Shown: positions 42,721-52,678 of the stretch, piece after piece | Layout: every line of letters begins with the position of its first letter | How positions within the stretch are numbered: position 1 is the first letter of the stretch | Assembly (NCBI GenBank): GCA_028693395.1 | Contig: JAQUVJ010000002.1 | Location: 1 to 63,753 of the forward strand | DNA: 63,753 nt | DNA from: Candidatus Nanoarchaeia archaeon | GTDB lineage: Archaea; Nanobdellota; Nanobdellia; Woesearchaeales; JAQUVJ01 | Direction: 5' to 3' | Position numbers and translations under genes: made by a program | The notes under the pieces: generated by a model | The model's input: only the letters and a program-made list of their open reading frames with translations | Databases searched by the model: none | What the model was told of the DNA's origin: nothing

Positions 42721-42734
42721 AATTAAACCTTCTT

Positions 42735-43748
42735 TTAATCAATAGTATGTTTAAAAAATTCACTTCTCATAATTTCAGATGCTTCATTATTTACAAATTT
42801 CTGCAATCTTTTAGTTTCTTCATTTGTTAGATCAAAATTAAATTCTTTTTCAAAATCTTTAAGAATATCTAAATTATACTCTTTAAGCACATTACCAAAA
42901 TCTTTTTTTGATACTTCCCCAATATGAGATAATACATTATGAAGTCGATTTATTGTAATAAATTCAAGAATTGCTTCTCTTGCTTCATTTTCAGTATCAG
43001 ACATATTAATTTCTTTTACTACTTTAATTTTATTACTTTTCATTTTTTCAGAAAATTTATCATTCTTATTTTTAAGAATAACTCTTTGACCATTACCAAA
43101 TTGATGTTCAATAAGAGGTTTAATTACAACACCCTCAGTAATATTATTTTCAATAGATGGTAAATGAAAAAGTTTGTGTATCATATCAGGTTCATCATTC
43201 GGATAATTTAAACATTCATCAAGTGTTCCTACAAAAAGAGTAGGAGTAAAAAGAATATTACAATTTTCAAATACTTGTGTTGCTAATTCCCAATTCATAT
43301 ATTGATTTCCATTTTCAGTAGGCGTAGCAATATCAAATGCAATAAAATCATTATGAGGACAGTATTGAATTCTTCCTTGAATTTTTTTAGAACCTGGTAC
43401 TTTATTCACATCTGGGTGATTATATACACCACCAAAATTCTCACCAAATATAATAATGCTTTCAATATTATTTAACGGATACATTGACTGTACTTCTTTT
43501 AGAGCACACTGAAATCTTGTTCTATACTTTTCTAAATTATCTAGCATACAGTCAAAATTTGATCCATCCGTAACTACATCCGAACGTCTTGCTATTTTAA
43601 TATCATTTTTTGAAATAATATACGAACCATTTGAGCCATCTACTTTAGGAAGAACTACCCATTTTACATTTCTATCTACAACTTCTCTAATAAAAAATAA
43701 AGTTTTTTCTTGATATGAATTTTCTATTTCACTAAATTTTTTCCACAT
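42735..43748 (-). CDS. rnlB: RNA ligase 2 (T4 Rnl2 family)
   Basis: KFSEIENSY N-terminus, KVDGSN nucleotidyl-transfer motif, RVILKNKNDKFSEKMKS, ITINRLHNVLSHIGE...DFGNV parallel T4 Rnl2. Confidence 0.85.
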   Translation of the reverse strand: MWKKFSEIENSYQEKTLFFIREVVDRNVKWVVLPKVDGSNGSYIISKNDIKIARRSDVVTDGSNFDCMLDNLEKYRTRFQCALKEVQSMYPLNNIESIIIFGENFGGVYNHPDVNKVPGSKKIQGRIQYCPHNDFIAFDIATPTENGNQYMNWELATQVFENCNILFTPTLFVGTLDECLNYPNDEPDMIHKLFHLPSIENNITEGVVIKPLIEHQFGNGQRVILKNKNDKFSEKMKSNKIKVVKEINMSDTENEAREAILEFITINRLHNVLSHIGEVSKKDFGNVLKEYNLDILKDFEKEFNFDLTNEETKRLQKFVNNEASEIMRSEFFKHTID

Positions 43749-43773
43749 TTATCATCATCCTTTCTTTTAATCA

Positions 43774-43802
43774 ATTATAGCATATAATTAACAATTTGTC
43801 AA
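43774..43802 (-). promoter_or_regulatory. consensus sigma70 promoter for Rnl2 gene
   Basis: TTGACA-17 nt-TATAAT. Confidence 0.7.
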
Positions 43803-43805
43803 GGG

Positions 43806-43958
43806 TTAATGATCCATCTTTGACTTCCCATTTAAGTCTTCTATTTGATCATTTATTTTTTTAATAATCTCATCTGAGCAAAACCAGCAATCCCATCCAC
43901 ATCTTTTTGTAGGTGTACATCTTTGACAAATTTCTGAAAAAGTTTGACATTCAATCAT
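43806..43958 (-). CDS. Cys-rich mini-protein, 50 aa
   Basis: MIECQTFSEICQRCTPTKRCGWDCWFCSDE...; below track cutoff. Confidence 0.45.
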   Translation of the reverse strand: MIECQTFSEICQRCTPTKRCGWDCWFCSDEIIKKINDQIEDLNGKSKMDH

Positions 43959-43979
43959 AATTTTAATTAACCTTCTTTA

Positions 43980-44888
43980 TCATATAAATTTAAATTTTCT
44001 TGACATATGTATTTCTGGATAATTTTTAGAAAATATTAATAATTCTTGATTTTTTCCTTTTTGCTTTCCTAAATCTTCTTTACTAAATGCCATACTATAC
44101 GCCCATCCAGTTTCAATCATTTGATAATCTTTATATAATTCTTTTATTTGATTACTATTATTATATGACATTAACCACATAATATTAGTATTATCTAAAA
44201 TTTCTTTTAATTTATAATGATCAAAATTTTTATGAGTATTACCATTTTCACCATATAATCTATTATTTTTTTTAATTAACCAATATGGGGGATCTAAATA
44301 TATAAAATCAACAGAATTTTTATTTTTTATTAGCGATTCTTCAAAAGAACCTCCCTGTATTTTTATATTAATATTTTTATATATTGATAATCCATCTATT
44401 AATTGTTTTGTAAAATCTTTTCTATTTAATGCAGAATAACCTCCACTATAGCCAGTACCAGAAAAACTACATAAATTTACATAATAAAAGTATGCAGCAT
44501 TTGTTATATTTTTCTCAAAAGGAGTTTTTAATAATCTATAAAAATCCTCTTTTCCATAAGATAAACATTCATATAGATTTTTTATAAGATTATCATTATC
44601 ATGTATTAAATAATGATAAAAATTTAATAATCTATCATAAACATCATATGCATATACATTAACATTAAATGAAGATAACGCAAATTCTACTGAACCACCA
44701 CCACAAAAAGGACTTAACATTTGTTTTATATTATTTGGAATTAAAGACATTAATATTGATATAGCTCTAAATTTACCACCTGGATACCATATAGGAGATA
44801 TTAGATATTTTTTATTTTTATTTAAATCCCATATATTATTTTTTATATGAATATTTTCTATTTTTGTATTATTTATTTTAAAACCCAA
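43980..44888 (-). CDS. dam: DNA adenine methyltransferase (Dam/D12 class)
   Basis: WYPGGK near N-terminus, FCGGGSVEF AdoMet motif, catalytic DPPY. Confidence 0.85.
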   Translation of the reverse strand: MGFKINNTKIENIHIKNNIWDLNKNKKYLISPIWYPGGKFRAISILMSLIPNNIKQMLSPFCGGGSVEFALSSFNVNVYAYDVYDRLLNFYHYLIHDNDNLIKNLYECLSYGKEDFYRLLKTPFEKNITNAAYFYYVNLCSFSGTGYSGGYSALNRKDFTKQLIDGLSIYKNINIKIQGGSFEESLIKNKNSVDFIYLDPPYWLIKKNNRLYGENGNTHKNFDHYKLKEILDNTNIMWLMSYNNSNQIKELYKDYQMIETGWAYSMAFSKEDLGKQKGKNQELLIFSKNYPEIHMSRKFKFI

Positions 44889-44993
44889 ATTTTATCATCA
44901 TCCTTTCTTCAAAATTATAGCACACATTGAATTTTTATGCAACCTAAAATTAAAATTAATAATAAGGATTAAAAAATTAAAAAGGTTGTGTTT

Positions 44994-45164
44994 ATGTTGA
45001 ATGTAATTAAAGAATTAGATGTTATTTTATCTGAATATTATAAGAATGTAATTGAGATTGCATTTTGTGATAAATGCCATGAAGAAAGTAATGCAGAAGA
45101 TTTAATTTATTTAGATGATATTAAATTATGCAAAGATTGTTATGACAAAAAAGAAGGGGTTTAA
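44994..45164 (+). CDS. zinc-ribbon mini-protein, 56 aa
   Basis: CDKC...CKDC; ends in bidirectional terminator AAGAAGGGGTTTAAACCCCTTCTT. Confidence 0.5.
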   Translation: MLNVIKELDVILSEYYKNVIEIAFCDKCHEESNAEDLIYLDDIKLCKDCYDKKEGV

Positions 45165-45631
45165 ACCCCTTCTTTTTTAATTAAATTTTCAAATTGATTG
45201 CTAAATTCAATTTTTAAATTGTCAGAAATTTCTTTAGCTTTAATTAAAATTTCTCTGGCTTCTTCTTTTGAAACTTCTCTATCTGTATAGCTAAAAATTT
45301 CAGAAACTAATTTAGAATCTGGCAAACCTTTGTATTTAACATTACTTCCTCGATAATAAAAATTAAAATCATCAATAACAAAAAGTTTTTTTCCATTATA
45401 TAATAAATCTGTTCTTAATGAATAACTTTTAGTAGTTTCTTTTCTTATTTCAGATTTTAAACTAAATTTATCATTAATTAAAATATTTTTAGTGAACTCT
45501 CGAAGAAGTTTTTGTTGATCTTTCGGATTTAAATTTTCAAAATCACCTTTAAAATAATGACTTTTCTTATTGAGAATTTTAGATAGTAGTGCATTTATTT
45601 CTTTTACAATATTAACCATTTTATAAAACAC
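45161..45631 (-). CDS. hypothetical protein
   Basis: 156-aa ORF. Confidence 0.6.
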   Translation of the reverse strand: MFYKMVNIVKEINALLSKILNKKSHYFKGDFENLNPKDQQKLLREFTKNILINDKFSLKSEIRKETTKSYSLRTDLLYNGKKLFVIDDFNFYYRGSNVKYKGLPDSKLVSEIFSYTDREVSKEEAREILIKAKEISDNLKIEFSNQFENLIKKEGV

Positions 45632-45681
45632 CCTCTTAAAAAATTAATTATATAATTAATTTTTTAATTTTATTCATCTTT

Positions 45682-46650
45682 TTAAACTTCAACTCCTATA
45701 ACAGTACCATTTTCTTTTCCTGTATATCGAGGGTCTTCTAACTGTCTTCTTATATTTTCATTATTTTTTGCCATATAAACACCATATATAAATTTATAAA
45801 CATCATTTTTATTTGCTTTATCCAATTCCAGATTATCATTTTCAAGCATTCTATTTATAAAAGGTATTGAACTAATTATAAGATTTATACATGCAGCATA
45901 CATTTTTCGATTTAAAGTAAATAATGTACCAAATCTCATGCTATCATAATAAGTATCTGAATATTGTTTCCAATCTTTAAAATTACAATTTCTAATAAAA
46001 TCACGATTTAATGAAAATAAATTCATATAATTATCATAATAGTTATATGAAATATCAGATATATTAAAATTTATTGCATTATTAGAATATAGATATGTAA
46101 TAATATGATTTCCTTCATTAAGAAGCATCTCATATACTTGTCTAGAAAATTTATTATCTTCCACATAATAATATTCTAAATTGCTATTATTAAAATGATT
46201 TTTATTTTCAATCAATGTTATTTGATAATGTTCTTCTAGTAATGCTGTATATTGTAATATAAAATGAAAAACATCTATAATTTCTTCACAAATTAAAAGA
46301 CTTGAATTATATAAGTCTTCTTTGTTTTTATAAAATTTTACTTTGTTATAATAGTTATTGACTGCATCTTGTACTTCAAATATCTCATCATTCATTGCAA
46401 TATAATTATGATTATAAATATGTTGATATAAACATTTAATTAGTTCATAACCTTTTACATCATTATTAAAATGTCTTTTTTTAATCATATTAGAATTTAA
46501 ATTATTTCTCATCATATCATATTGTGTTTTAAGACATTGTGATAATACATAGCCAGCTAATTGTGAATGTGAATCAAAATTATAAGATTCTAATTCTTTA
46601 ATTTTTTCTATAATGATATTTTTATTTTGTAAAATTGATAGCATACTCAT
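45682..46650 (-). CDS. hypothetical protein (possible all-alpha NTP pyrophosphohydrolase-like)
   Basis: 322 aa; EEIIDVFHFILQ resembles MazG/dimeric-dUTPase metal-binding helices; weak. Confidence 0.35.
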   Translation of the reverse strand: MSMLSILQNKNIIIEKIKELESYNFDSHSQLAGYVLSQCLKTQYDMMRNNLNSNMIKKRHFNNDVKGYELIKCLYQHIYNHNYIAMNDEIFEVQDAVNNYYNKVKFYKNKEDLYNSSLLICEEIIDVFHFILQYTALLEEHYQITLIENKNHFNNSNLEYYYVEDNKFSRQVYEMLLNEGNHIITYLYSNNAINFNISDISYNYYDNYMNLFSLNRDFIRNCNFKDWKQYSDTYYDSMRFGTLFTLNRKMYAACINLIISSIPFINRMLENDNLELDKANKNDVYKFIYGVYMAKNNENIRRQLEDPRYTGKENGTVIGVEV

Positions 46651-46652
46651 CT

Positions 46653-46874
46653 CTATTTTTCCTCATTATTTTTAAAAAATTCTTTTTTTAAGTTTTTATA
46701 TACTTCTAAGTTTTTGTTAGCAGTTTCCCATAATCCAATTTTCATAGATCTATAAACTTCATCATCACCAAATTTATCTTTATATAATTTAGTTGTACAT
46801 AACTTATCTAAATTATGTATTAATTCTAGCACTAAATTGGAATTTTCACTCAAAAAATTTTTCAGCGAAGACAT
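46653..46874 (-). CDS. hypothetical protein
   Basis: 73-aa ORF. Confidence 0.55.
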   Translation of the reverse strand: MSSLKNFLSENSNLVLELIHNLDKLCTTKLYKDKFGDDEVYRSMKIGLWETANKNLEVYKNLKKEFFKNNEEK

Positions 46875-46876
46875 AT

Positions 46877-48049
46877 TTAATCAACCTTCTCTAATCCATC
46901 AGGATCATAAGGAACTTCTATACCTTCTTCCGATGCTGCTTTTATTGTTTCTTCAGAAATTTCATCATCTAACATTAATTTAGTTACTTTTGATATATTT
47001 TTATTAACAAATTCTTCGGATTCTAGCAGAATTTTTTCATAATAATCTTTATCTTCCAGAAGTCTTTTGGCAAAATCTTTTTTATAGAATTTTTTAACTT
47101 CTTTAATTGCATCTTTTTCTTTCATATCTGGATTATCTCTCATTACATCTTTAACATCAGAATTTAAATAACACCATGCACCAGCTTGACATAAAATTTC
47201 TGTTGTTACAAGAAATTCACAAAAAGATTCTAATATATTTTCTTCTGTAAATCCTAATGAATAATCAAATTGAATAACTGTATTTTGAAATGGTCTAAAT
47301 AATCTATTTTTTGTAGGTGTTGAAAGTTTAACACCTTGACCTTTTTCATCAGGTTTTATTTTATTTATTCTTACAATAATATCAGCAGTATGATGAAGTG
47401 CATAGCCACCAGGCATATTAAATATATCACCATAACGATCTTGATTAGCTCTAGCTTGATTGATAAAAATAATGCCAGCATTCATTTTTTTAACTTTAGT
47501 TCTAATACGTCTTAAATTCCTAGTCAGAACTTTGGATTGCGCTGCAATTTCTATTTGCTCAGCACTTCTTGAAACCTCGTCATTTGTAGGTGTTGCTGCA
47601 ATAGAATCCCATATAATAATAATAGGCTCTTCTAAAGTATTAGCATCAAGTTTTGCTTTATAAATATCTTCAATAATTGAAAAGCATTCTTCCATTGTAT
47701 CCGGTGCTGCATAAATCATATTGTCTAAATCTACATTAAATTGTTTAATACGAGGTTTTGTCATTGAACGTTCTGTATCTAAAAATACAGTTTCAATTTT
47801 TTGCTTTTGAATTTCAGAAATTAATTGTAAAACTAAACTTGTTTTTGAGGCTCCTTCAGGCCCATATAAACATATCATCTTACCTGATAATGGAATTCCT
47901 CCAGTTTTAGGTTTACCTGATAGTAAATAATTAATAGTTGGTATTCCAGTATTAACAAACTGAACTTCTGTAAGAATATCTACATTAATTGCATTTGGGT
48001 ATTTTTTTGTAAGAAAACTTTTAATATCTTTAGCCATTTGTATTTTCAA
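46877..48049 (-). CDS. RecA/UvsX-family recombinase
   Basis: Walker A YGPEGASKTS; QSKVLTRNLRRI, IIFINQ, TPTKNRLFRPFQ parallel RecA motifs. Confidence 0.75.
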   Translation of the reverse strand: MKIQMAKDIKSFLTKKYPNAINVDILTEVQFVNTGIPTINYLLSGKPKTGGIPLSGKMICLYGPEGASKTSLVLQLISEIQKQKIETVFLDTERSMTKPRIKQFNVDLDNMIYAAPDTMEECFSIIEDIYKAKLDANTLEEPIIIIWDSIAATPTNDEVSRSAEQIEIAAQSKVLTRNLRRIRTKVKKMNAGIIFINQARANQDRYGDIFNMPGGYALHHTADIIVRINKIKPDEKGQGVKLSTPTKNRLFRPFQNTVIQFDYSLGFTEENILESFCEFLVTTEILCQAGAWCYLNSDVKDVMRDNPDMKEKDAIKEVKKFYKKDFAKRLLEDKDYYEKILLESEEFVNKNISKVTKLMLDDEISEETIKAASEEGIEVPYDPDGLEKVD

Positions 48050-48332
48050 CTTCCTTTAATAGATTATTTATTTTTTTAATTTTATTTTCTTCAACTTTTG
48101 CTTCAAAAATTTTACCAAACATAACTTTAAGTTGTTGTATCATAATTTCAACATCGCCTAGTTCTTCTATAATTTCTTCAATAGAATTAGGTCGTTTTCT
48201 AACATAGTGCGATAATGCAACTGTCAATTCAGCACATTCTTCCATAGCTTGATGGCATTGTGAATCTTTTCCTCTTATTTCAATTATTTTCTTATATAAT
48301 TCAATATTATCAATCATTTTTAAACACCTCAC
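48030..48332 (-). CDS. MazG-like nucleotide pyrophosphohydrolase
   Basis: AMEECAELTVAL ... EELGDVEIMIQQL (ExxE...ExxD helices). Confidence 0.7.
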   Translation of the reverse strand: MRCLKMIDNIELYKKIIEIRGKDSQCHQAMEECAELTVALSHYVRKRPNSIEEIIEELGDVEIMIQQLKVMFGKIFEAKVEENKIKKINNLLKEVENTNG

Positions 48333-48431
48333 TTGTTATTGAAATTATATCACAAAATATTTTTTTTGTAAAGTACCTACATAAAATAAAAATTAATTAT
48401 GATTATATAACTTAAGGGTAGGCTTATTGAT

Positions 48432-49217
48432 ATGAAAATGACAAAAGATATTTTAGATAAATTATTTGGTGAAAAATTATTTAATAAATATATCACTGTG
48501 CCCATAGTATTAGCAACGATGATTAGTTTAGGCGCATTAGGTTTTAATATACAATTAATTCAAGAGTTTGAATACTCTAAAATAACTTTATTGATAATGA
48601 ATATATTATTAATTATATTCGGTTTTATCATAATAATTGCTAAAATAAATGAAATTAATTCAAATGTAAATATTAATAAAACTTATTTAGAAGAATTTAA
48701 TAATTTAATTGAAAATATAAATAATAATTATGATAGTATAATTCATAAGATAGAAATTTTGTTAGTTAATAATGGTGATATGATTGTTATTTTAAAAGAA
48801 ATAAATGAAGAGTTAAAAGGTATACCTAATATTAAAGCTTTACATTTAATTTTAGAACTTAAAAATAAAGGGTTATGGAATGAACTATTTAATGATTGTT
48901 TAAATTACACTTTAACATATAATCAAAATAATGCAAAAATAATAGACAGACAATTTGAAGATCACACTAAAAAGACCATTAAAAATTATATGGATTTTGT
49001 TAAAAAAAATATAAAATTATATCGACTTAATCCAAAAATGCTACCAGAAATAGAAACAGTTATTGCAAAACATAAGAAATTGATTAATGATGAAATTAGT
49101 AAAGATAAAAGAATTGATGAGAAATTATATACCATTTCAAATTTATTACAAGCTATGCATGATGATATCAACGCATTGGTTGAACGAAATTTACGCGAGC
49201 AACAGACAAATATTTAA
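48432..49217 (+). CDS. membrane-anchored coiled-coil protein
   Basis: Two TM helices then helical domain; upstream of PAS-GAF gene. Confidence 0.6.
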   Translation: MKMTKDILDKLFGEKLFNKYITVPIVLATMISLGALGFNIQLIQEFEYSKITLLIMNILLIIFGFIIIIAKINEINSNVNINKTYLEEFNNLIENINNNYDSIIHKIEILLVNNGDMIVILKEINEELKGIPNIKALHLILELKNKGLWNELFNDCLNYTLTYNQNNAKIIDRQFEDHTKKTIKNYMDFVKKNIKLYRLNPKMLPEIETVIAKHKKLINDEISKDKRIDEKLYTISNLLQAMHDDINALVERNLREQQTNI

Positions 49218-49231
49218 AGGGGTCAGAAATT

Positions 49232-50680
49232 ATGGATAAAATTTCGATGATCATAGTTTATTTTTTATTTTTTATTATATTTTTATTTTTTATTCAATAC
49301 ATTTTAAATATTAATAAAGATAAAAATAATTGTAAGATTATTAAATATTATAAAAATTTACCAAAACCAGTAATTATAATTGATATATTACATAATCGAA
49401 TTGCTGATTATAATGATGATGCTGAAAATCTGTTTAATTTGAATATTGAATATGTTAAAAATTTAAGCATATTTGATAATTTTGACGATTATCTTGCAAT
49501 TAAAAATAATATTAGAGATTCAATTGAAGGAGATTTTATAACACAAAATATAATGCTTAAAAACTCTTTATATAGTATTCATTATACTATTATAAGAGAG
49601 AATAATAAAAAATTTTTATGTATTCTTTTTGATGATATCTCTAATAAATTTGATTATTTAAAAAATTTAGGAATATTTTCATCCATAATTGAAGAAAGCC
49701 CTGATGGAATTATATTAGCAAAATATATAGATTATAATAAATCTCCTATTATTATTTATATGAATAAAACATTAGAAGAAATTACTGGTTATAATAGATT
49801 TGATGTTATTCAAAAACCTCTTAATAGTTTATTTGAAATGAATGTAGATGAAAAAACATTACAAAATATTGAAAAAAATATATATTCATTACGCCCAAGT
49901 ACTTTGGATTATCAATATATAAATAAATTTGGTGAAATAAATTGGGTTGTGACTGATATTATTCCTGTAAATAATATAAACATTTCCAATTCTTTAAAAG
50001 TTCTAGATAAAATGAACATACTTAAAAAGATTGAAGGTTATAATAATATTGATAATTTAGGAATTGACATTTTTATTTCCATACATCAAAAAGATATTAC
50101 TGATGTTAAACATTATGAAAATTCTTCAAAATCTTTTATATCCAGATTACAAAATACTTTAAAAGAAAAAATAACTTTTCATGAAAATATAGTTAGAAGT
50201 ATTATATCAATTTTAAATACAAATGTCAATAACACGATGATTATAAACGATGTTCTAAAAATAATAGGTGAGCTTTTCAATGCTGATCGTTGTTATATTT
50301 TTAAATTATATGAAAAGAAAGATTATTTATATATGGATTATTTATATGAATGGGTCGAAGAAGGAATTACTCCAGAAATAAACAATCCAACTTTAAGCAA
50401 TATATCATTTTCAGACGTTGGCGCGTATGATTTATATGCAAATTTAATAAGCAATAGAATTTCTAAAATTATAGTTTCGGATATTAAAGACCCTGCATTG
50501 AAATTCACTTTGGATGCACAAAATATTAAATCTATGATAGCTTGTCCTATATTTAAAGAAGAAAAATTAGTGGGATATATTGGAATTGATGATTGTACAA
50601 ATGAAGATAGAAATTGGGATACTCAAGTTGAATTAGTCTTAAGAAAAGTGAGTGACAGTTTAAGTAATTTTATACATTAA
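49232..50680 (+). CDS. membrane-anchored PAS-GAF sensor protein without output domain
   Basis: N-terminal TM; PAS-like IIEESPDGIILAKY...IIYMNKTLEEITGYNRFDVIQKPLNSLF; GAF-like LKIIGELFNADRCYIFKLYE...MIACPIFKEEKLVGYIGIDDC. Confidence 0.65.
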   Translation: MDKISMIIVYFLFFIIFLFFIQYILNINKDKNNCKIIKYYKNLPKPVIIIDILHNRIADYNDDAENLFNLNIEYVKNLSIFDNFDDYLAIKNNIRDSIEGDFITQNIMLKNSLYSIHYTIIRENNKKFLCILFDDISNKFDYLKNLGIFSSIIEESPDGIILAKYIDYNKSPIIIYMNKTLEEITGYNRFDVIQKPLNSLFEMNVDEKTLQNIEKNIYSLRPSTLDYQYINKFGEINWVVTDIIPVNNINISNSLKVLDKMNILKKIEGYNNIDNLGIDIFISIHQKDITDVKHYENSSKSFISRLQNTLKEKITFHENIVRSIISILNTNVNNTMIINDVLKIIGELFNADRCYIFKLYEKKDYLYMDYLYEWVEEGITPEINNPTLSNISFSDVGAYDLYANLISNRISKIIVSDIKDPALKFTLDAQNIKSMIACPIFKEEKLVGYIGIDDCTNEDRNWDTQVELVLRKVSDSLSNFIH

Positions 50681-50739
50681 AAAATAGTCTTGCGGATTAG
50701 GTTCTGCAAGACTATTATTTTAAATTATATTAAAATCTA

Positions 50740-51246
50740 TTATTTTAAAACAATAGCCAATGTCAAAACTCCGACTGCTGTTTTAGAAGAAGAATCATCT
50801 ATTTGTGATACTGCAAAAGCTCCTAATCCTAAAGTAAATAATTTATCCATTAATGTTTTTTGCTTTTGTTTTCTTACTTCTTCCGCTTTTACATCATATA
50901 GCATTTTATAATTATTTACATTCATATCTTTATATTCAATAATCTGATCTTTTAAATCAACTGTCTTTTTTAATACATCAATTCTTTCATCTTGAATAAT
51001 ATTTCTTTCTTGATGCAGTTTTCTTAATTCTTCTATCGTCTTATTTAAATACTCACTATCTTCTTTATACTGATCCAATAGTTTTTGACTGGTTACTAAA
51101 TCATTGAATATATCTTCTCTTACTGCTATATAGTTATTATTCAATTTATATACAGGTTTTTCATTACTATAAGACATTCCTGCAAAATATGAGAAAAAGT
51201 TAACTAAAAAGACTAAAAAAACTGCTATTTTTACTTTTTTATTCAT
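50740..51246 (-). CDS. secreted/anchored coiled-coil protein
   Basis: AGGTG RBS then ATG 51246; signal-like MNKKVKIAVFLVFLV, hydrophobic C-terminus. Confidence 0.55.
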   Translation of the reverse strand: MNKKVKIAVFLVFLVNFFSYFAGMSYSNEKPVYKLNNNYIAVREDIFNDLVTSQKLLDQYKEDSEYLNKTIEELRKLHQERNIIQDERIDVLKKTVDLKDQIIEYKDMNVNNYKMLYDVKAEEVRKQKQKTLMDKLFTLGLGAFAVSQIDDSSSKTAVGVLTLAIVLK

Positions 51247-51273
51247 TTCTATATACACCTACTTTATTTTAAA

Positions 51274-52317
51274 TTATCTAATTTTATATCTTATTATTAC
51301 TATTCCAGAACCGCCGTTGCCACCTACTGTTGGAGTTCCTCTCCACGCACCGCCACCACCGCCCCCGCCTGTATTTTGAGTTGCTGATGCAGCTATAATT
51401 GTTTCAGTATTTCCTGATGCGTGACCTCCATTACCACCACCACCTAAACCTCCGTATCCAATAGTTCCAGTTCCAGAACCAATATATTGGCTACCGCCTC
51501 CACCACCAGCATAATAAGTTAAAGTACCATTTATTTTAGATTGTAAACCATTACCACCATTACCGCTTATATTATTAGAAGTTGCATTTTTACCTATTTC
51601 TCCTGCTCCACCTCCACCTCCACTACCATACGGATTAGGCTGGCCTAATCCACCAGAAAAACCTTGAGTCGTAGTTCCAGTTCCACCAGTACCAACATTA
51701 GTTCCTTCTGAAGACCCTGCACCACCACCAGAACCGCCTGATTTTCCATTTTTTAAAGAACTTGCAGTTTCACCATATACACCACCACCCCCACCGCCAA
51801 TAGAAATTATATTATTAAAAGATGAATTTGATCCATTAATTCCTCTAGTTGCTTCTGTATTTCTAGTTAAACCACTAACAGGACCATTACCGCCAGCACC
51901 AATGACTACAGAATAATTTCCTTTATTAATAAACATGGGAGATTCTGGTTGACTATTTCCACCTGATAATTCACCTTTTACATTAGAACGATAACCTCCT
52001 GCACCTCCACCACCAGCTAAATCACCACCACCGCCACCACCACCAGCAACAACTAAATATTCAATTTCACCTTCACCACTTAATATTTCAAAATTACTAC
52101 TACTAGTAAAAGTATGAACTTTATAAGTTATACCATTATCAGTAAATTCAGTAATTATACCACCAATAGCATTAATAAATGATTTTTTATTATTTTCAAT
52201 TAAATAATCATTAGTAAGCCATATTCTGGAATCACTAGTTATTTCTTCATTACTAATAATTCCACCATATAACGATTTAAATTTATCAATTCCTAATATA
52301 CTACCGCTGAATTTCAT
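51274..52317 (-). CDS. glycine-rich tail-fibre-like protein
   Basis: Repeated GGGGGG/GGxGG runs over 250 aa as in phage glycine-rich fibre proteins. Confidence 0.6.
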   Translation of the reverse strand: MKFSGSILGIDKFKSLYGGIISNEEITSDSRIWLTNDYLIENNKKSFINAIGGIITEFTDNGITYKVHTFTSSSNFEILSGEGEIEYLVVAGGGGGGGDLAGGGGAGGYRSNVKGELSGGNSQPESPMFINKGNYSVVIGAGGNGPVSGLTRNTEATRGINGSNSSFNNIISIGGGGGGVYGETASSLKNGKSGGSGGGAGSSEGTNVGTGGTGTTTQGFSGGLGQPNPYGSGGGGGAGEIGKNATSNNISGNGGNGLQSKINGTLTYYAGGGGGSQYIGSGTGTIGYGGLGGGGNGGHASGNTETIIAASATQNTGGGGGGGAWRGTPTVGGNGGSGIVIIRYKIR

Positions 52318-52322
52318 AAGAA

Positions 52323-52661
52323 CTAAATAATATCATATTCAGTTAAAGATAATATTAAATCTACTTTATCGTTACCATTTGATAAAGCTTGTAATATATC
52401 ATTTTCCATTATAATAGCTCCTACTAAATCGCCTAAAGGTTTGGCAGAAGCATTTGCAGGGATATTCAAATCTTTAACAAAATAAAAACTATTTTCTCCT
52501 TTTTTTAAATTAATAGATAATGGTACATCTTCATTTGTTAAATTTGAAGCTTGTATATGTGTTATTTTAGCTGCTTTATTTACAGAACATGTATAAATAT
52601 TCTGTTCTGTATCCGTTAAATGAACAGCAAAATTTTTAATTCCATTTATTTTAATAGTCAT
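52323..52661 (-). CDS. hypothetical virion-associated protein
   Basis: 112-aa ORF between two fibre-like genes. Confidence 0.55.
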   Translation of the reverse strand: MTIKINGIKNFAVHLTDTEQNIYTCSVNKAAKITHIQASNLTNEDVPLSINLKKGENSFYFVKDLNIPANASAKPLGDLVGAIIMENDILQALSNGNDKVDLILSLTEYDII

Positions 52662-52678
52662 AATCTCTAATCATCCTT

